Of a stretch of DNA of 64,000 nt, positions 1 to 10,292 are shown piece after piece. Every line of letters starts with the position of its first letter. Within the stretch, counting starts at the first letter, position 1. The notes beneath the pieces were generated by a model. That model was given only the letters and a program-made list of their open reading frames with translations. It searched no databases and was not told the origin of the DNA. The DNA is from Desulfuromonadales bacterium (lineage in GTDB: Bacteria; Desulfobacterota; Desulfuromonadia; Desulfuromonadales; JACZKF01), in NCBI GenBank assembly GCA_050485365.1, contig JBJHBH010000008.1, positions 2,143 through 66,142 of the forward strand, given 5' to 3'. The translations under genes and the position numbers were made by a program.

Positions 1-2348
1 TCGCCGAGGTGCGCGACGGCTTTCGCGACCAGCGCCTCTTCGTGCGCATGGACGGCAGGCCGGCGACGCTCGTGAGCGTCTTCAAGCTGCCGGGGGCCAA
101 CACCGTCGAGGTCGTCGACGGGATCAATGCCACCATCGAGCGCCTCGAGCGCTCGGGCTTCTTCCCCGAGGACATCGAGTATCGCACCATCGGCGACCGG
201 GCTTTCTTCATCCGCGGCGCCATCACCAGCGTCGGCACGGCGGCCCTTCTGGGCGGCGTGCTCGCCATGCTCGGCGTCTTTTTGTTTCTCGGCTCCTTTC
301 GCAAGAGCTTCGTCATCGGGCTGTCGCTGCCGATTGCGCTGATGGCGACCTTCGCCATGATGGGGGTGGGGAATCTGACGCTGAACATCATCAGTCTCGG
401 GGGGCTGGCGCTGGGGGTGGGGCTTTTGCTCGACAACGCCATCGTCATGCTCGAGAACGTCTACCGGCACCGCGAGCAGCTCGGCAAATCGCCCGAGGAG
501 GCCGCCCGGGACGGCGCGGCCGAGGTGAGCTCGGCCATCGTCGCCGGCACCATGACGAACCTCGCCGCCGTCGTGCCGTTTTTGCTCGTCACCGGCATGG
601 CGGCGCTGATCTTCCGCGAGCTGATCCTGACGATCTCCTTCGCCATCATCGCCACTCTGGCGGCGGCGCTGACGCTGGTGCCGATGCTGGCGTCGCTGCT
701 GGGGCATCTGCGCTTCGAGAGCGGCGTCGGGCGCTCGGCGCCCCTTCGGGCCTTCAACGGCGCGATCCGGTGGCTGCGGCGCAGGTATCGCCGTGCCCTG
801 CCGCGCGTTTTGCGCCTGCGCTGGCTCGTCGTCGCCGCGGCGGCCGGGGCGTTCGCCGGCGCGCTGCATCTGGCGGGGGAGCTGGGCAACGAATTCCTCC
901 CCCAGGTCGACGACGGCAACGTCGGTGTCTTTGTCTCGCTCCCTCCCGGGACGCCGCCCCACGAGACCGACGACGTCGCCCGGCGCGTCGAGGCGCGCAT
1001 CGCCGAGCTCGATCACGTGGAGAGCTACTTCGCCATGGTCGGAGGGCACCTCGGCGGCGGTGTCGTCAACGAGCGCCCCGGCACGGCGCGCTGGCGCATC
1101 CAGCTCACCCCGGCGCATCAGCGCCCCGAGATGACGGCGGGGCGCTGGGTGGCCGAGGCGCAGCGCAGCCTGCAGAGCCTCGATCTGCCCGGCGCGCGCA
1201 TCAGCGTGCGCCCACCGGGCATCCCCGGGCTGCGTTTCGGCGCCGGGGGGGCCGACCTCTCCATCGCCGTCATCGGCGAAGACCTCGGCGAGCTCAACGC
1301 GCTGGCGCGCGAGATCGACGGGCGTCTGCAGGGGATCGCGGGGCTGGAGGGGGTCGAGGTGGGGCGCGAGGACCGCAGCCCCCTTATGCGGGTGCGCATC
1401 GACCGCGATCGCGCGGCGGAGCTGGGGCTGCGCACCTCGGAGGTCGGCCTGGCGATCCGCCAGGCAGTGGACGGGGCGGTGGCGACGCGTTTTCTCACCG
1501 CGAGCCGCGAATACGACGTGCGGGTGCGCCTTGCGCGCGACGCGGTCAGCGACGCCGAGGCGCTCGGCAACGTTCTTCTTTTTCGCAACGGCGCGGCGCC
1601 GGTGCTGCTGCGCGACGTGGCGAGCTTCGAGCTCGGCGAGGGGCCGGCCCATATCGAGCGGGAAAACCAGAGCCGGGCGGTGCGGGTCAACGGCGACATC
1701 AACACCGAGGTGGCCGACGTCGCCGCCATCATGGCGCAGGTCGAGGCGCGCCTGGCCGATCTCGTCCTCCCCGATCAGGTCAGCCTCATCTACGGCGGTC
1801 AGTGGGAGACGATCCAGGAGACGAACCGCGAGCTGACCGTGGTGGTGCTGCTGGCGATCTTTCTCGTCCTGGTCGTTCTGGCGGTGCAGTACGAACGGCT
1901 CAGCAACCCGCTGGTCATCCTCGCCACCGCTCCGCTGGCGCTGATCGGGGTGGTGGCGATCCTGTGGGCGACGGGGACGCCGCTCTCCGCGCCGGTCCTC
2001 ATCGGCGTGATTTTGCTGGTCGGCATCGTCGTCAACAACGCGATTTTGCTGGTGGAGTACATCGAAATCGGACGGCGCGAGGAGGGGCTTCGCCCGGCGC
2101 GCGCGGTGGTGCGGGCCGGGACGGTGCGGCTGCGGCCGATCCTGATGACGACGAGCACCACCGTCCTCGGCATGACCCCTCTGGCCCTCAACCTCGGCAC
2201 CGGCGCCGAGATCATGCAGCCGCTGGCGCTGTGCGTCATCGGCGGGCTTCTCGTCTCGATGCTCCTCACCCTCTTCCTGATCCCCTGTCTCTACCTCATT
2301 GTCGGCGCCTTCTCCGAACGCCTCAAAAGCGTGCTGACGGGACACTAA
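1..2348 (+). CDS. RND efflux transporter permease subunit (AcrB/AcrD/AcrF family), 5' partial
   Basis: Frame is open from the window edge. Shows GLLLDNAIVMLENVYRH, GIVVNNAILLVEY and RLRPILMT motifs and many TM segments. Confidence 0.92.
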   Translation, partial: AEVRDGFRDQRLFVRMDGRPATLVSVFKLPGANTVEVVDGINATIERLERSGFFPEDIEYRTIGDRAFFIRGAITSVGTAALLGGVLAMLGVFLFLGSFRKSFVIGLSLPIALMATFAMMGVGNLTLNIISLGGLALGVGLLLDNAIVMLENVYRHREQLGKSPEEAARDGAAEVSSAIVAGTMTNLAAVVPFLLVTGMAALIFRELILTISFAIIATLAAALTLVPMLASLLGHLRFESGVGRSAPLRAFNGAIRWLRRRYRRALPRVLRLRWLVVAAAAGAFAGALHLAGELGNEFLPQVDDGNVGVFVSLPPGTPPHETDDVARRVEARIAELDHVESYFAMVGGHLGGGVVNERPGTARWRIQLTPAHQRPEMTAGRWVAEAQRSLQSLDLPGARISVRPPGIPGLRFGAGGADLSIAVIGEDLGELNALAREIDGRLQGIAGLEGVEVGREDRSPLMRVRIDRDRAAELGLRTSEVGLAIRQAVDGAVATRFLTASREYDVRVRLARDAVSDAEALGNVLLFRNGAAPVLLRDVASFELGEGPAHIERENQSRAVRVNGDINTEVADVAAIMAQVEARLADLVLPDQVSLIYGGQWETIQETNRELTVVVLLAIFLVLVVLAVQYERLSNPLVILATAPLALIGVVAILWATGTPLSAPVLIGVILLVGIVVNNAILLVEYIEIGRREEGLRPARAVVRAGTVRLRPILMTTSTTVLGMTPLALNLGTGAEIMQPLALCVIGGLLVSMLLTLFLIPCLYLIVGAFSERLKSVLTGH

Positions 2349-2890
2349 CGCGGCACCGGCAGCGGCACATCGGGCCGGCGCTCCTCCACCTGTCGCGGCC
2401 GAAGATCCTGACCGCGCCGCGCGGCGATGTCGAGCGGCTCGTAGAGCCGGGCGTCCTCACCGACGACCTCCTCGTTGCCGAAGTGCGTCAGCAGGTGGTT
2501 GAGTACGGCCGCCAACTCGATGTCGTGCAGGTGCCCCATGGGGGGCATCGGCGCCCCCCACCTTCGGCTGGTCAGGCCGTAGAGGTGCAGATCGACGACG
2601 TAGTCGCGCCCGTTCGGCTCCAAAAAGAGCAGCCCGGTGTGATCCAGCCCCGGGTACTGGTCCCATCCCTCCCCCTGCGCGCCGTGACAGTTCCCGCAGT
2701 TGCGCAGGTACGATCCCGCCCCCAGCTCCTCCCACTCGAAGCGCTCCAGCCCCGGAGCGAACTGTTGCAGGATCGTCGCCTCGTCGGTGACCACGAACTG
2801 CGCAGAGCGCACCGCGCCGAACACGATCGCGGCGCCGAGAAGAAAGGCGATGATGATGTAGGTGGCGATGCTCGCCAGAAAGTGCCTCAT
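2345..2890 (-). CDS. Membrane-anchored monoheme cytochrome c
   Basis: N-terminal hydrophobic helix, CGNCH heme motif, and downstream PMPPM as a likely Met ligand. Confidence 0.85.
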   Translation of the reverse strand: MRHFLASIATYIIIAFLLGAAIVFGAVRSAQFVVTDEATILQQFAPGLERFEWEELGAGSYLRNCGNCHGAQGEGWDQYPGLDHTGLLFLEPNGRDYVVDLHLYGLTSRRWGAPMPPMGHLHDIELAAVLNHLLTHFGNEEVVGEDARLYEPLDIAARRGQDLRPRQVEERRPDVPLPVPR

Positions 2891-2911
2891 GGGCGGATTC
2901 TCCTCGATCGG

Positions 2912-4228
2912 TCAGGCCAGGTTGAAACGCTCCTGATGGATCAGATCCTTGCGCACTCCCAGCGCCATGAGGGCGTCGTAGACGGCGTCCATCATCGGCG
3001 GCGGCCCGCACACGAAGAAATAGCGATGGATCAGCTCCTGCGGGACGTGGCGCTCCAGAAGCTCCGGGGTGACGAAGCCGCTCTCCCCCTCCCAGTCGTC
3101 GGAAGGATTCTGCAGGACGAAGACGACCTCGAGGTCGAGCAACTCCCTCACGCCCTCGATATCGTCTTTGAAGGCCAGATCGTCCTCGGTGCCGACGGCG
3201 TAGATGAGCAAGACCGGGCGCGGGTCGCGGCGGTCGGCCATGCTGCGCAAAAAGGAGATCATCGGCGTGATCCCCACCCCCCCGGCGATGAAGACGTACC
3301 CGACGGCGGGGTAGCGGTCGATGCAGAAGGCGCCGTAGGGGCCGTCGAGGCTCGCCGGGGTGCCGGGCTTGACGTCCTTGATGGTGCTGGTGAAGTCGCC
3401 GAGTTCCTTGATGCCGAACTCGACGCGATCTTCGCGCTGCGCGCTGGAGCTGAAGCTGAAGGGGTGCTCCTCCAGTGTGAAGGGGGTGTTGGCGATCTTG
3501 ATCCAGGCGAACTGCCCCGGCAAAAAGCGGATACCGGGGTGATCGACCGGTTCGAGCACGAGCGACCACGTGCGGCCGAGCTCGGGGCGCACCTCCACCA
3601 CCTGCCACTGGTTCCCCTTCTGGATGAGCGGCTTGATCACCCGCAGATAGACGACGAGCCCCACCATGGCGATGGCCATGACGACCCAGACGGCGTGCTT
3701 CCAGAAAGTGTTGGTGTACAGCCCGGCCATGGAGACGTGCAACTGCGCGAAGACGACGGCCGCCACTCCGAGGGCCAGGTGCGACAGGCGCCAGTATTCG
3801 TAATCGATCTTGAGCCGTTCCCGAAAGAGGGTGGTGACCGCGATGGCGACCAGGGCCGTCAGGCTCAGAAGGGCGAAGCGGCTCGCCCAGTTCCCCCCCA
3901 ACGGGTTGAGGAGCGCAAGACGCGAGGGGTTGTCGATGACGATGATGAGCGGATGGACGATGATGGCGCAGATGGCGACGACGGCGAGCTGGCGGTGGAA
4001 CTGCAGAATGACGTCGATGCCGTAGGGGGCGGTGACCGCCTTGAAGCGGGCGATGAGCACGAACTGCACGGCGATCTGCGTCAGGCCGAAGAAGCCGAGG
4101 GCCACCGACATCTCGAGCCAGAACCCGCGCCCGGAGGGCAGAGGGGGCGCGAACATCAGCAGGACCGGCAGAAGCACGACGGCCAGAAAGATGGTGATCC
4201 AGAAGAATCCGGAGATGGCGCGGCTCAA
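2912..4228 (-). CDS. Ferric reductase-like transmembrane domain plus FAD/NAD(P)-binding oxidoreductase
   Basis: TM region with heme His residues, HPFS, DGPYG, AGGVGITP and CGPPPMM motifs. TTG start chosen downstream of CAGGAG RBS. Confidence 0.88.
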   Translation of the reverse strand: MSRAISGFFWITIFLAVVLLPVLLMFAPPLPSGRGFWLEMSVALGFFGLTQIAVQFVLIARFKAVTAPYGIDVILQFHRQLAVVAICAIIVHPLIIVIDNPSRLALLNPLGGNWASRFALLSLTALVAIAVTTLFRERLKIDYEYWRLSHLALGVAAVVFAQLHVSMAGLYTNTFWKHAVWVVMAIAMVGLVVYLRVIKPLIQKGNQWQVVEVRPELGRTWSLVLEPVDHPGIRFLPGQFAWIKIANTPFTLEEHPFSFSSSAQREDRVEFGIKELGDFTSTIKDVKPGTPASLDGPYGAFCIDRYPAVGYVFIAGGVGITPMISFLRSMADRRDPRPVLLIYAVGTEDDLAFKDDIEGVRELLDLEVVFVLQNPSDDWEGESGFVTPELLERHVPQELIHRYFFVCGPPPMMDAVYDALMALGVRKDLIHQERFNLA

Positions 4229-4407
4229 TGGAAGGCCCTCCTGTGGGGATGCGAAACGAACAATCTGTGTCCGCGCGGCGGTGCGGGGGCGGCGCGCGAA
4301 TGTGATCAGTGTACTAAATTGCACAGCGGTTGCCACCGCCCGCCCGGTTGACCTCCTTTCACGGCGCGGTAGTCTGCAGCAAAAGAGCGAACGAAGAGGA
4401 GGCGGCC

Positions 4408-4581
4408 ATGACCGTGAAGGCGGGAGAAGAGGCGCTGCACACCGGAGACCTGAGGTGCACGAAATGCGGTGAGCTCGTTCATGTGGAGGAAGGGGTGACG
4501 GTCCCCCGCTGCGCCGTCTGCAACGGGGGCGATTTCACCCGGCGAAATCGCCCCATCGGCCACCCCGGGGAGGAGGTGTAG
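4408..4581 (+). CDS. Small zinc-ribbon protein (57 aa)
   Basis: GAGGAGG RBS then ATG. Two CxxC pairs (CTKC, CAVC). Confidence 0.7.
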   Translation: MTVKAGEEALHTGDLRCTKCGELVHVEEGVTVPRCAVCNGGDFTRRNRPIGHPGEEV

Positions 4582-4600
4582 CTCGCCGTCACTACGGAAT

Positions 4601-4645
4601 CCCCTCTCCCTGGAGGGAGAGGGTGCCCGAAGGGCGGGTGAGGGG
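4601..4645. repeat. REP-like palindromic element (CCCTCTCCC...GGGAGAGGG...GGGTGAGGG type)
   Basis: Nested inverted repeats between convergent genes. Resembles a widespread proteobacterial REP-like motif. Confidence 0.6.
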
Positions 4646-4655
4646 TGCTTTTGCG

Positions 4656-7184
4656 TCAAGCCGCTTTTCGGATCTGCGCCGGCATCGGCGGGGCGAAGCG
4701 CCGAAGCCGCAGCGCGTTGGCGAGCACGCAGACGCTCGAGGCCGCCATGGCCAGCGCCGCGAAGACCGGCGAGAGCAGAAGGCCGAAGGCGGGGTAGAGG
4801 ATGCCGGCGGCCACGGGGATGAGGCTCGTGTTGTAGGCGAAGGCCCAGAAGAGGTTCTGCTTGATGTTGCGGATCGTTGCCTTGGACAGGGCGATGGCGT
4901 TGGGGACGTTGCGCAGATCCCCCGACATGAGGACGACCTCGGCCGACTCCATGGCGATGTCGGTCCCGGTGCCGATGGCGATGCCGACATCGGCCTGCGC
5001 CAGCGCCGGCGCGTCGTTGATCCCATCCCCCACGAAGACGACCTTTCTCCCCCCCTGCTGCAGCGACTTGACCGCCTCGACCTTGCCGTCGGGGAGGACC
5101 TCGGCGACGACCTCGTCGATGCCGAGGGTGCGGGCGATCGCCTCGGCGGTGCGCCGGTTGTCGCCGGTGATCATGGCGACGCGAAGCCCCTCGGCGTGCA
5201 GCGCCCGGATCGCCGCGGGGGTCGACTCCTTGATCGGGTCGGCCACGGCGACGACGGCGGCGAGGCGCCCGTCGACGGCGGCGTACAGGGGGGTCTTCCC
5301 GTCGCCCGCCAGGCGCGCGGCCGCTTCGGCGAAGGGCTCGACATCGAGGCCGAGCCGGCGCATGTAGCGGTCGGCCCCGACTTCGACGCGCCGCCCCTCG
5401 ATCTCTGCCGAGACGCCGAAGCCCGCTTGGGCCTCGAACCCCTTTGCTTCTTCGAGGGTGAGGCCGCGCCCTTTGGCCGCCTCGACGATCGCCTCGGCGA
5501 TGGGGTGCTCCGAGAGGCGCTCCACCGAGGCGACGAGGCGAAGCGTCTCCTTCTCCTCGAACCCCTCGGCGACGACGAAGTCGGTGAGCTCCGGTTTGCC
5601 CCGGGTGAGGGTTCCGGTCTTGTCCAGCGCGATCACCGAGGCGTCGCGCACCGTCTGCAGCGCCTCCCCCCGGCGAAAGAGGACCCCCATCTCGGCCCCC
5701 TTGCCGGTGCCGACCATGATGGAGGTCGGGGTGGCGAGCCCCATGGCGCAGGGGCAGGCGATGATGAGGACGGCGACGGCGTTGACCAGCGCGAAGGTGA
5801 GGGCGGGGGCCGGGCCGACGGCGTACCAGATCCCGAAGGTGACGAAGGCGACCCCCATCACCGCCGGGACGAAGACGTTCGTCACCCGATCGACGAGGGC
5901 CTGGATGGGGAGCTTGGAGCCTTGCGCCTCCTCGACCATGCGCACGATCTGCGCCAGCAGGGTGTCGGCGCCGACCTTGGTCGCCCGGAAGGTGAAGCTC
6001 CCCGAGGTGTTGATGGTTCCGCCGACGACCTCGCCCCCTTTCTCCTTGAGGGCCGGGATCGGCTCGCCGGTGATCATCGACTCGTCGACGTACGATTTGC
6101 CGTCGAGCACTTCGCCGTCGACGGGGATCTTCTCGCCGGGGCGAACGACGACGACGTCCCCCACGCGCACCTCCCCGATGCCGATCTCCATCTCGGCGCC
6201 CTCCCGCACCACCCGGGCGCTTCTGGCCTGCAGGCTCATCAGGCGCTTGATCGCCTCGCCGGTGCGCCCCTTGGCGAGGGCCTCGAGGTAGCGCCCCAGC
6301 AGGATCAGGGTGATGATGACGGCCGAGGCCTCGAAATAGACGTGCACCGTCCCCGCGGGGAGGACCTGCGGAAGGAAGGTCGCCACGACCGAATACCCCC
6401 AGGCGGCCGAGGTGCCGAGCATGACCAGCGAGTTCATGTCCGGGCCCCCACGCACCAGGGCGGGCCACCCCTTGATGTAGAAGCGCAGCCCCGGGCCGAA
6501 CTGCACGACGGTGGCCAGAACGAAATAGAGGTAGAAGAGGTTCTGCCGCCCGACGTTCTGCGCAAGCCAGTGGTGGAGCGCCGGGATGAAGTGGGAGCCC
6601 ATGTCGAGGACGAAGATCGGCAGGGTGAGGGTCGCCGCCAGGATGAAGGCGCGCCGAAGAGAGGCGACCTCGCGCGCTCTCGCCTCGCGTTCCCGGTCGG
6701 CCCTGTCGGGGGCCGCGCCGCTCTGCTGGGCCTCGTACCCCGCCGCGCGCACCGCCTCGGCGAGCTCCTCCGCCGTCACGCTCCCCTCGGCGGCGCGCAC
6801 CGTCGCCTTCTCGGTGGCGAGATTGACCGCCGCCTCGACGACGCCGGGGACGGCGTGAAGCGCCCTCTCGACGCGCCCCACGCACGAGGCGCAGCTCATC
6901 CCCGCCACCGAGAGCTCCAGCGTCTGCACGACCGGCTCGTACCCCGCCTCGCGGATCGCCCGCACCGCCGCCGCAACGTCCCCTTCCCCCTCGGCAAAGA
7001 CGATCCGGGCGCGCTCGACGGCGAGGTTCACCGCGACCTCCGAGACCCCCGGCACCGCGCGGATCGCCTTCTCGACGCGCCCCACGCACGAGGCGCAGCT
7101 CATCCCCCGGATGCCGATATGCACGGCGCCCCGATCGGCAGGGCGTCCTTCGGTTTTTGGGGGGGCGGCGGATTCGACGGCCAT
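4656..7184 (-). CDS. copA: Copper-translocating P1B-type ATPase
   Basis: Two GMSCASC HMA domains, [24 protein letters not shown] and MAASS motifs. ATG follows GAGGAG. Confidence 0.93.
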   Translation of the reverse strand: MAVESAAPPKTEGRPADRGAVHIGIRGMSCASCVGRVEKAIRAVPGVSEVAVNLAVERARIVFAEGEGDVAAAVRAIREAGYEPVVQTLELSVAGMSCASCVGRVERALHAVPGVVEAAVNLATEKATVRAAEGSVTAEELAEAVRAAGYEAQQSGAAPDRADREREARAREVASLRRAFILAATLTLPIFVLDMGSHFIPALHHWLAQNVGRQNLFYLYFVLATVVQFGPGLRFYIKGWPALVRGGPDMNSLVMLGTSAAWGYSVVATFLPQVLPAGTVHVYFEASAVIITLILLGRYLEALAKGRTGEAIKRLMSLQARSARVVREGAEMEIGIGEVRVGDVVVVRPGEKIPVDGEVLDGKSYVDESMITGEPIPALKEKGGEVVGGTINTSGSFTFRATKVGADTLLAQIVRMVEEAQGSKLPIQALVDRVTNVFVPAVMGVAFVTFGIWYAVGPAPALTFALVNAVAVLIIACPCAMGLATPTSIMVGTGKGAEMGVLFRRGEALQTVRDASVIALDKTGTLTRGKPELTDFVVAEGFEEKETLRLVASVERLSEHPIAEAIVEAAKGRGLTLEEAKGFEAQAGFGVSAEIEGRRVEVGADRYMRRLGLDVEPFAEAAARLAGDGKTPLYAAVDGRLAAVVAVADPIKESTPAAIRALHAEGLRVAMITGDNRRTAEAIARTLGIDEVVAEVLPDGKVEAVKSLQQGGRKVVFVGDGINDAPALAQADVGIAIGTGTDIAMESAEVVLMSGDLRNVPNAIALSKATIRNIKQNLFWAFAYNTSLIPVAAGILYPAFGLLLSPVFAALAMAASSVCVLANALRLRRFAPPMPAQIRKAA

Positions 7185-7214
7185 GCGATCTCTCCTCGTC
7201 AAAGGGTTTCCTAT

Positions 7215-7245
7215 AGCATAACCATTTTGAACGCCGGCAGGTCAA
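7215..7245 (-). promoter_or_regulatory. Putative sigma70 promoter of copA with 19-bp spacer (MerR/CueR-like spacing)
   Basis: TTGACC-N19-TATGCT on the minus strand. The internal dyad is weak. Confidence 0.35.
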
Positions 7246-7340
7246 CGCCCTTTTCGCGTTCCTGCCGTTTGACCGCATCAGGCGTCTTGTTAAACTGTCA
7301 GAATAACAGGGATTAATTGCGACCGAGCGGCGGTGACGGC

Positions 7341-7919
7341 ATGGACGACGAGGCAAGACGCCCCTTTATCGAGTGGAAAAATCTGCGCAGCCCGGCGAAT
7401 CTGCTCAGCATCAGCCGCGTGGTGCTGCTCGCTCCGATCGTCTATTTCCTGCTGCAGCCCGGGGAGGCGGCGCGGTGGTGGGCGCTTTTCTGGATCGCGC
7501 TCGCGGTGACGACCGACTATCTCGACGGGCGCGTCGCCCGGGCGCGGGAGGAGGTCACCGAGGAGGGGAAGATTCTCGATCCTCTGGCCGACAAGATCTG
7601 CGTCGGGGTGGTGGTGGTCGTTCTGGCCTTGACAGGGGAGATCCCCCTGTGGTTCTTTGCCGTCATCGTCTCGCGGGATATTCTCATCGCGGCGGCGGCG
7701 CTCTACCTCAAGGGGAGGTTCGGGGAGGTCATCTCCTCGAATATGGTCGGCAAAGTCGCGGTGACCGTCATCGTGGCGGCGCTGGCGCTCATGGTCGTCC
7801 CCTTCGAGGTTCCGGCGGCGCTGATCGCCGTCATGCAGGGGGCGAGCGTCGTGATGGTCGTCGCTTCCCTCCTGTTTTACGCCAGGGAATTTCTTCACCG
7901 GGTGAGGGGGGCGGGATGA
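7341..7919 (+). CDS. CDP-alcohol phosphatidyltransferase family protein
   Basis: ANLLSISR and DYLDGRVAR...GKILDPLADK signature. Confidence 0.9.
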   Translation: MDDEARRPFIEWKNLRSPANLLSISRVVLLAPIVYFLLQPGEAARWWALFWIALAVTTDYLDGRVARAREEVTEEGKILDPLADKICVGVVVVVLALTGEIPLWFFAVIVSRDILIAAAALYLKGRFGEVISSNMVGKVAVTVIVAALALMVVPFEVPAALIAVMQGASVVMVVASLLFYAREFLHRVRGAG

Positions 7920-7959
7920 AGCGCCTTTGCGCAGTGCATCGGAGGAAAGGCGAAAAAAG

Positions 7960-8298
7960 ATGAAGGACTGGTCCGGAAAAGATCTGTGCTTCGAATGTGC
8001 GAAGAAGATCGGCGCCGACATCAACATCGGCCGGCAGTTCAAGGGACGCTGCCACCGCTGCCACAGCGAACAGACCCTCTTCAAGGTGCGCAGGGTCCCC
8101 GTCGCCCCCGCCGCCGGCGATGATGTGTGCCCGGAGTGCGCGCACCCCCTGGGGGCGCACGCCGCCGAGTGCCGCCGATCGGAGCGGCGCCTCCTGGAGG
8201 AGCGCGACGAGATCATTCAGGCCCTGGAGGAATGTCAGCCCTACGATCCGCAACGATCGCTGGTCGATCAGCTCCGGGAGGCCCTCCGCAAGAGGTAG
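7960..8298 (+). CDS. Hypothetical Cys/His-rich protein (112 aa)
   Basis: GGAGG upstream. CFEC, CHRC and CPEC-H-H-C motifs. Confidence 0.6.
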   Translation: MKDWSGKDLCFECAKKIGADINIGRQFKGRCHRCHSEQTLFKVRRVPVAPAAGDDVCPECAHPLGAHAAECRRSERRLLEERDEIIQALEECQPYDPQRSLVDQLREALRKR

Positions 8299-8302
8299 CG
8301 TC

Positions 8303-10198
8303 TTACTTGGCCCTCTCCACGCTCTTTCGGTGCTCGGAGGTGCCGATGGGGGCCGGTTCGGGGATCGGGCGCCCCTTGGCGTGCGCGAGGTAGAGGGCGC
8401 TGTTGATCAGGCCGATGTGGGTGAAAGCCTGGGGAAAGTTGCCGAGGAACTCCCCCGTGGCGGCGTCGATCTGCTCGGAGAAAAGCCCCACATGGTTGGC
8501 GTGGGCGAGCATCGTCTCGTAGATCTCTTCGGCCTCGTCGAGGCGCCCCGACAGCGCCAGGGCGTCGACGAGCCAGAAGGTGCACAGGCAGAAGGTCCCC
8601 TCCTTCCCCGGCAGACCGTCGTCGTTGAGATAGCGGTAGACCATGCCGTTTTCGGTGAGCTGCTCCAGGGTTCGGTCGATGGTCCCCTGAACGCGCGGGT
8701 CGTCGAAGGGGAGAAATTCGAGCAGTGAGATGCGCAGGTTGGCGGCGTCGAGGTCCTTCGAGCCGAAGGACTGCACGAAGGCGCCGACCTTCTCGTCGTA
8801 CCCCTTCTCCAGAACCTCCCTTCGGATGCGCTCGCGCGCCTCGCGCCACCTCTTCACATCCCCCTTGAGGCCGTACCCTTCGGCCAGGTGGACCGCCCGG
8901 TCGAGCCCCGCCCACGCCATCACCTTCGAATAGACGAAGTGGCGCGACTCGCCGCGCACCTCCCAGATCCCCTTGTCGGGCTCCTCCCAGACTTCTTCGA
9001 GATAGTCGGCGCTTTTTTGCAGAAAGTCCATGATCTCGGGTTCGAGCTCTTCGCCCCGGCGCAGCAGCTCGTACCCCATGTTGAGAAACTCGCCGTAGAC
9101 TTCGAGCTGGAACTGGTCGGCGGCGCCGTTGCCGACGTTGACGGGCTTCGAGCCGCGGTACCCCTCCAGGTGTTCGAGCTCCTCCTCGGGCATCTCCCGC
9201 TCGCCGTGCAGGCCGAACATGATCCGCGGGCTCCAGTCGTCGGAGCCGGCGGCCGAGACGCGCTCGAGCCAGTGCAGAAACTCGATCGCCTCGGCGCTGT
9301 GGCCGATGGAGATGAGGGCCTGGGCCGTCAGCGCGGCGTCGCGCACCCAGGTGAAGCGGTAGTCCCAGTTGCGCACCCCGCCGATCGTCTCGGGGAGCGA
9401 CGTCGTCGGCGCCGCCGCTATCGCCCCGGTGTCGGCGTGGGTGAGGAGCTTGCAGGCCAGCGCCGAGCGGATGATGTGGGGGAGCCACTCGCCCGCCCAT
9501 TCGTGGCTGTGGACGATCCCTTCGCGGTGCGACCACTCGCGCCAGATGTCGACGGTGCGCCGCATCGTCTGCACGGCGTTCTCGCAGCGGCACACGGTGT
9601 CCGTCGACCCCCAGCGGGTGACGAGGACGCGCTGCTCCCCCTTCTTCATGCGGAAGCGGGCGCGCACGGTCGGCCCCGTCTCGTCCTCCTCGATCTCCCC
9701 TTCGTCCAGTCCCGCCAGCGACAGGATGTCGTCCCCCCCCCGCGCCAGCCAGCCGCCGTCGGCGCGCTCGATGCGCGTTTCGGCGCGGGCGTAGTCGAAG
9801 CGCGGCGACCACTCGACCTCCACCTCGATCCCCTCGCGCTCGCACCCCAGAAGGCGGTGGATCTCCGAAGGGGCGCTCGATTTTCCGCAGGCGTGAATGT
9901 TGCCGTCCAGCGGCATCAGGTCGGTGACCGTGAGGCGCCCGGCGCCGCTGCGGAAGGTCGTCTTCACGACGTTGGAGTCGCTGATGTACTCCTGATTCTG
10001 CGTCTCGCCCCCTCGGGCGTGGACGCGGAATCGCCCGCCGCGGCGGTGGTCGAGGATGGCGGCGAAGACGCTGCCGCGATCCATGTGCGGAAAGGCGCAC
10101 CAGTCGATGGAACCGTCGCGGCCGACCAGGGCGACCGAGCGCAGATTGCCGATGGCGGCGTAGTCGGAGATCGGTTTGTAGGGGTCTTCCTGCGGCAT
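8303..10198 (-). CDS. Glycoside hydrolase family 15 (trehalase/glucoamylase-like)
   Basis: DYAAIGN, GSIDW, AAPTTSLPE..GGVRNWDYRFTWVRD and FLGNFPQAFTH motifs. Confidence 0.93.
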   Translation of the reverse strand: MPQEDPYKPISDYAAIGNLRSVALVGRDGSIDWCAFPHMDRGSVFAAILDHRRGGRFRVHARGGETQNQEYISDSNVVKTTFRSGAGRLTVTDLMPLDGNIHACGKSSAPSEIHRLLGCEREGIEVEVEWSPRFDYARAETRIERADGGWLARGGDDILSLAGLDEGEIEEDETGPTVRARFRMKKGEQRVLVTRWGSTDTVCRCENAVQTMRRTVDIWREWSHREGIVHSHEWAGEWLPHIIRSALACKLLTHADTGAIAAAPTTSLPETIGGVRNWDYRFTWVRDAALTAQALISIGHSAEAIEFLHWLERVSAAGSDDWSPRIMFGLHGEREMPEEELEHLEGYRGSKPVNVGNGAADQFQLEVYGEFLNMGYELLRRGEELEPEIMDFLQKSADYLEEVWEEPDKGIWEVRGESRHFVYSKVMAWAGLDRAVHLAEGYGLKGDVKRWREARERIRREVLEKGYDEKVGAFVQSFGSKDLDAANLRISLLEFLPFDDPRVQGTIDRTLEQLTENGMVYRYLNDDGLPGKEGTFCLCTFWLVDALALSGRLDEAEEIYETMLAHANHVGLFSEQIDAATGEFLGNFPQAFTHIGLINSALYLAHAKGRPIPEPAPIGTSEHRKSVERAK

Positions 10199-10210
10199 TC
10201 GTCTTCTCCC

Positions 10211-10292
10211 GTAGGGGCGCAATTCATTGCGCCCTATTCGCCATTGCTCTTTACACGCCATTGCACCCGGGCCCGATGAATCGCGCCCCTAC
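10211..10292. repeat. GTAG-type REP doublet (REPIN), copy 1
   Basis: GTAGGGGCGCAATTCATTGCGCCC ... GGGCCCGATGAATCGCGCCCCTAC. Near-identical arms recur at 14301-14392. Confidence 0.85.

Noticed and set aside
770-4351. Very long alternative-frame and antisense ORFs (e.g. 1193 aa here; also 4306-7356, 54866-57832, 14428-16959)
   Set aside because: Arg/Gly/Pro-rich shadows of real genes, expected in high-GC DNA. No recognisable motifs.
8049-8064. CHRCH in the 112-aa protein as a heme c site
   Set aside because: No signal peptide, and the other CxxC pairs fit zinc binding better.
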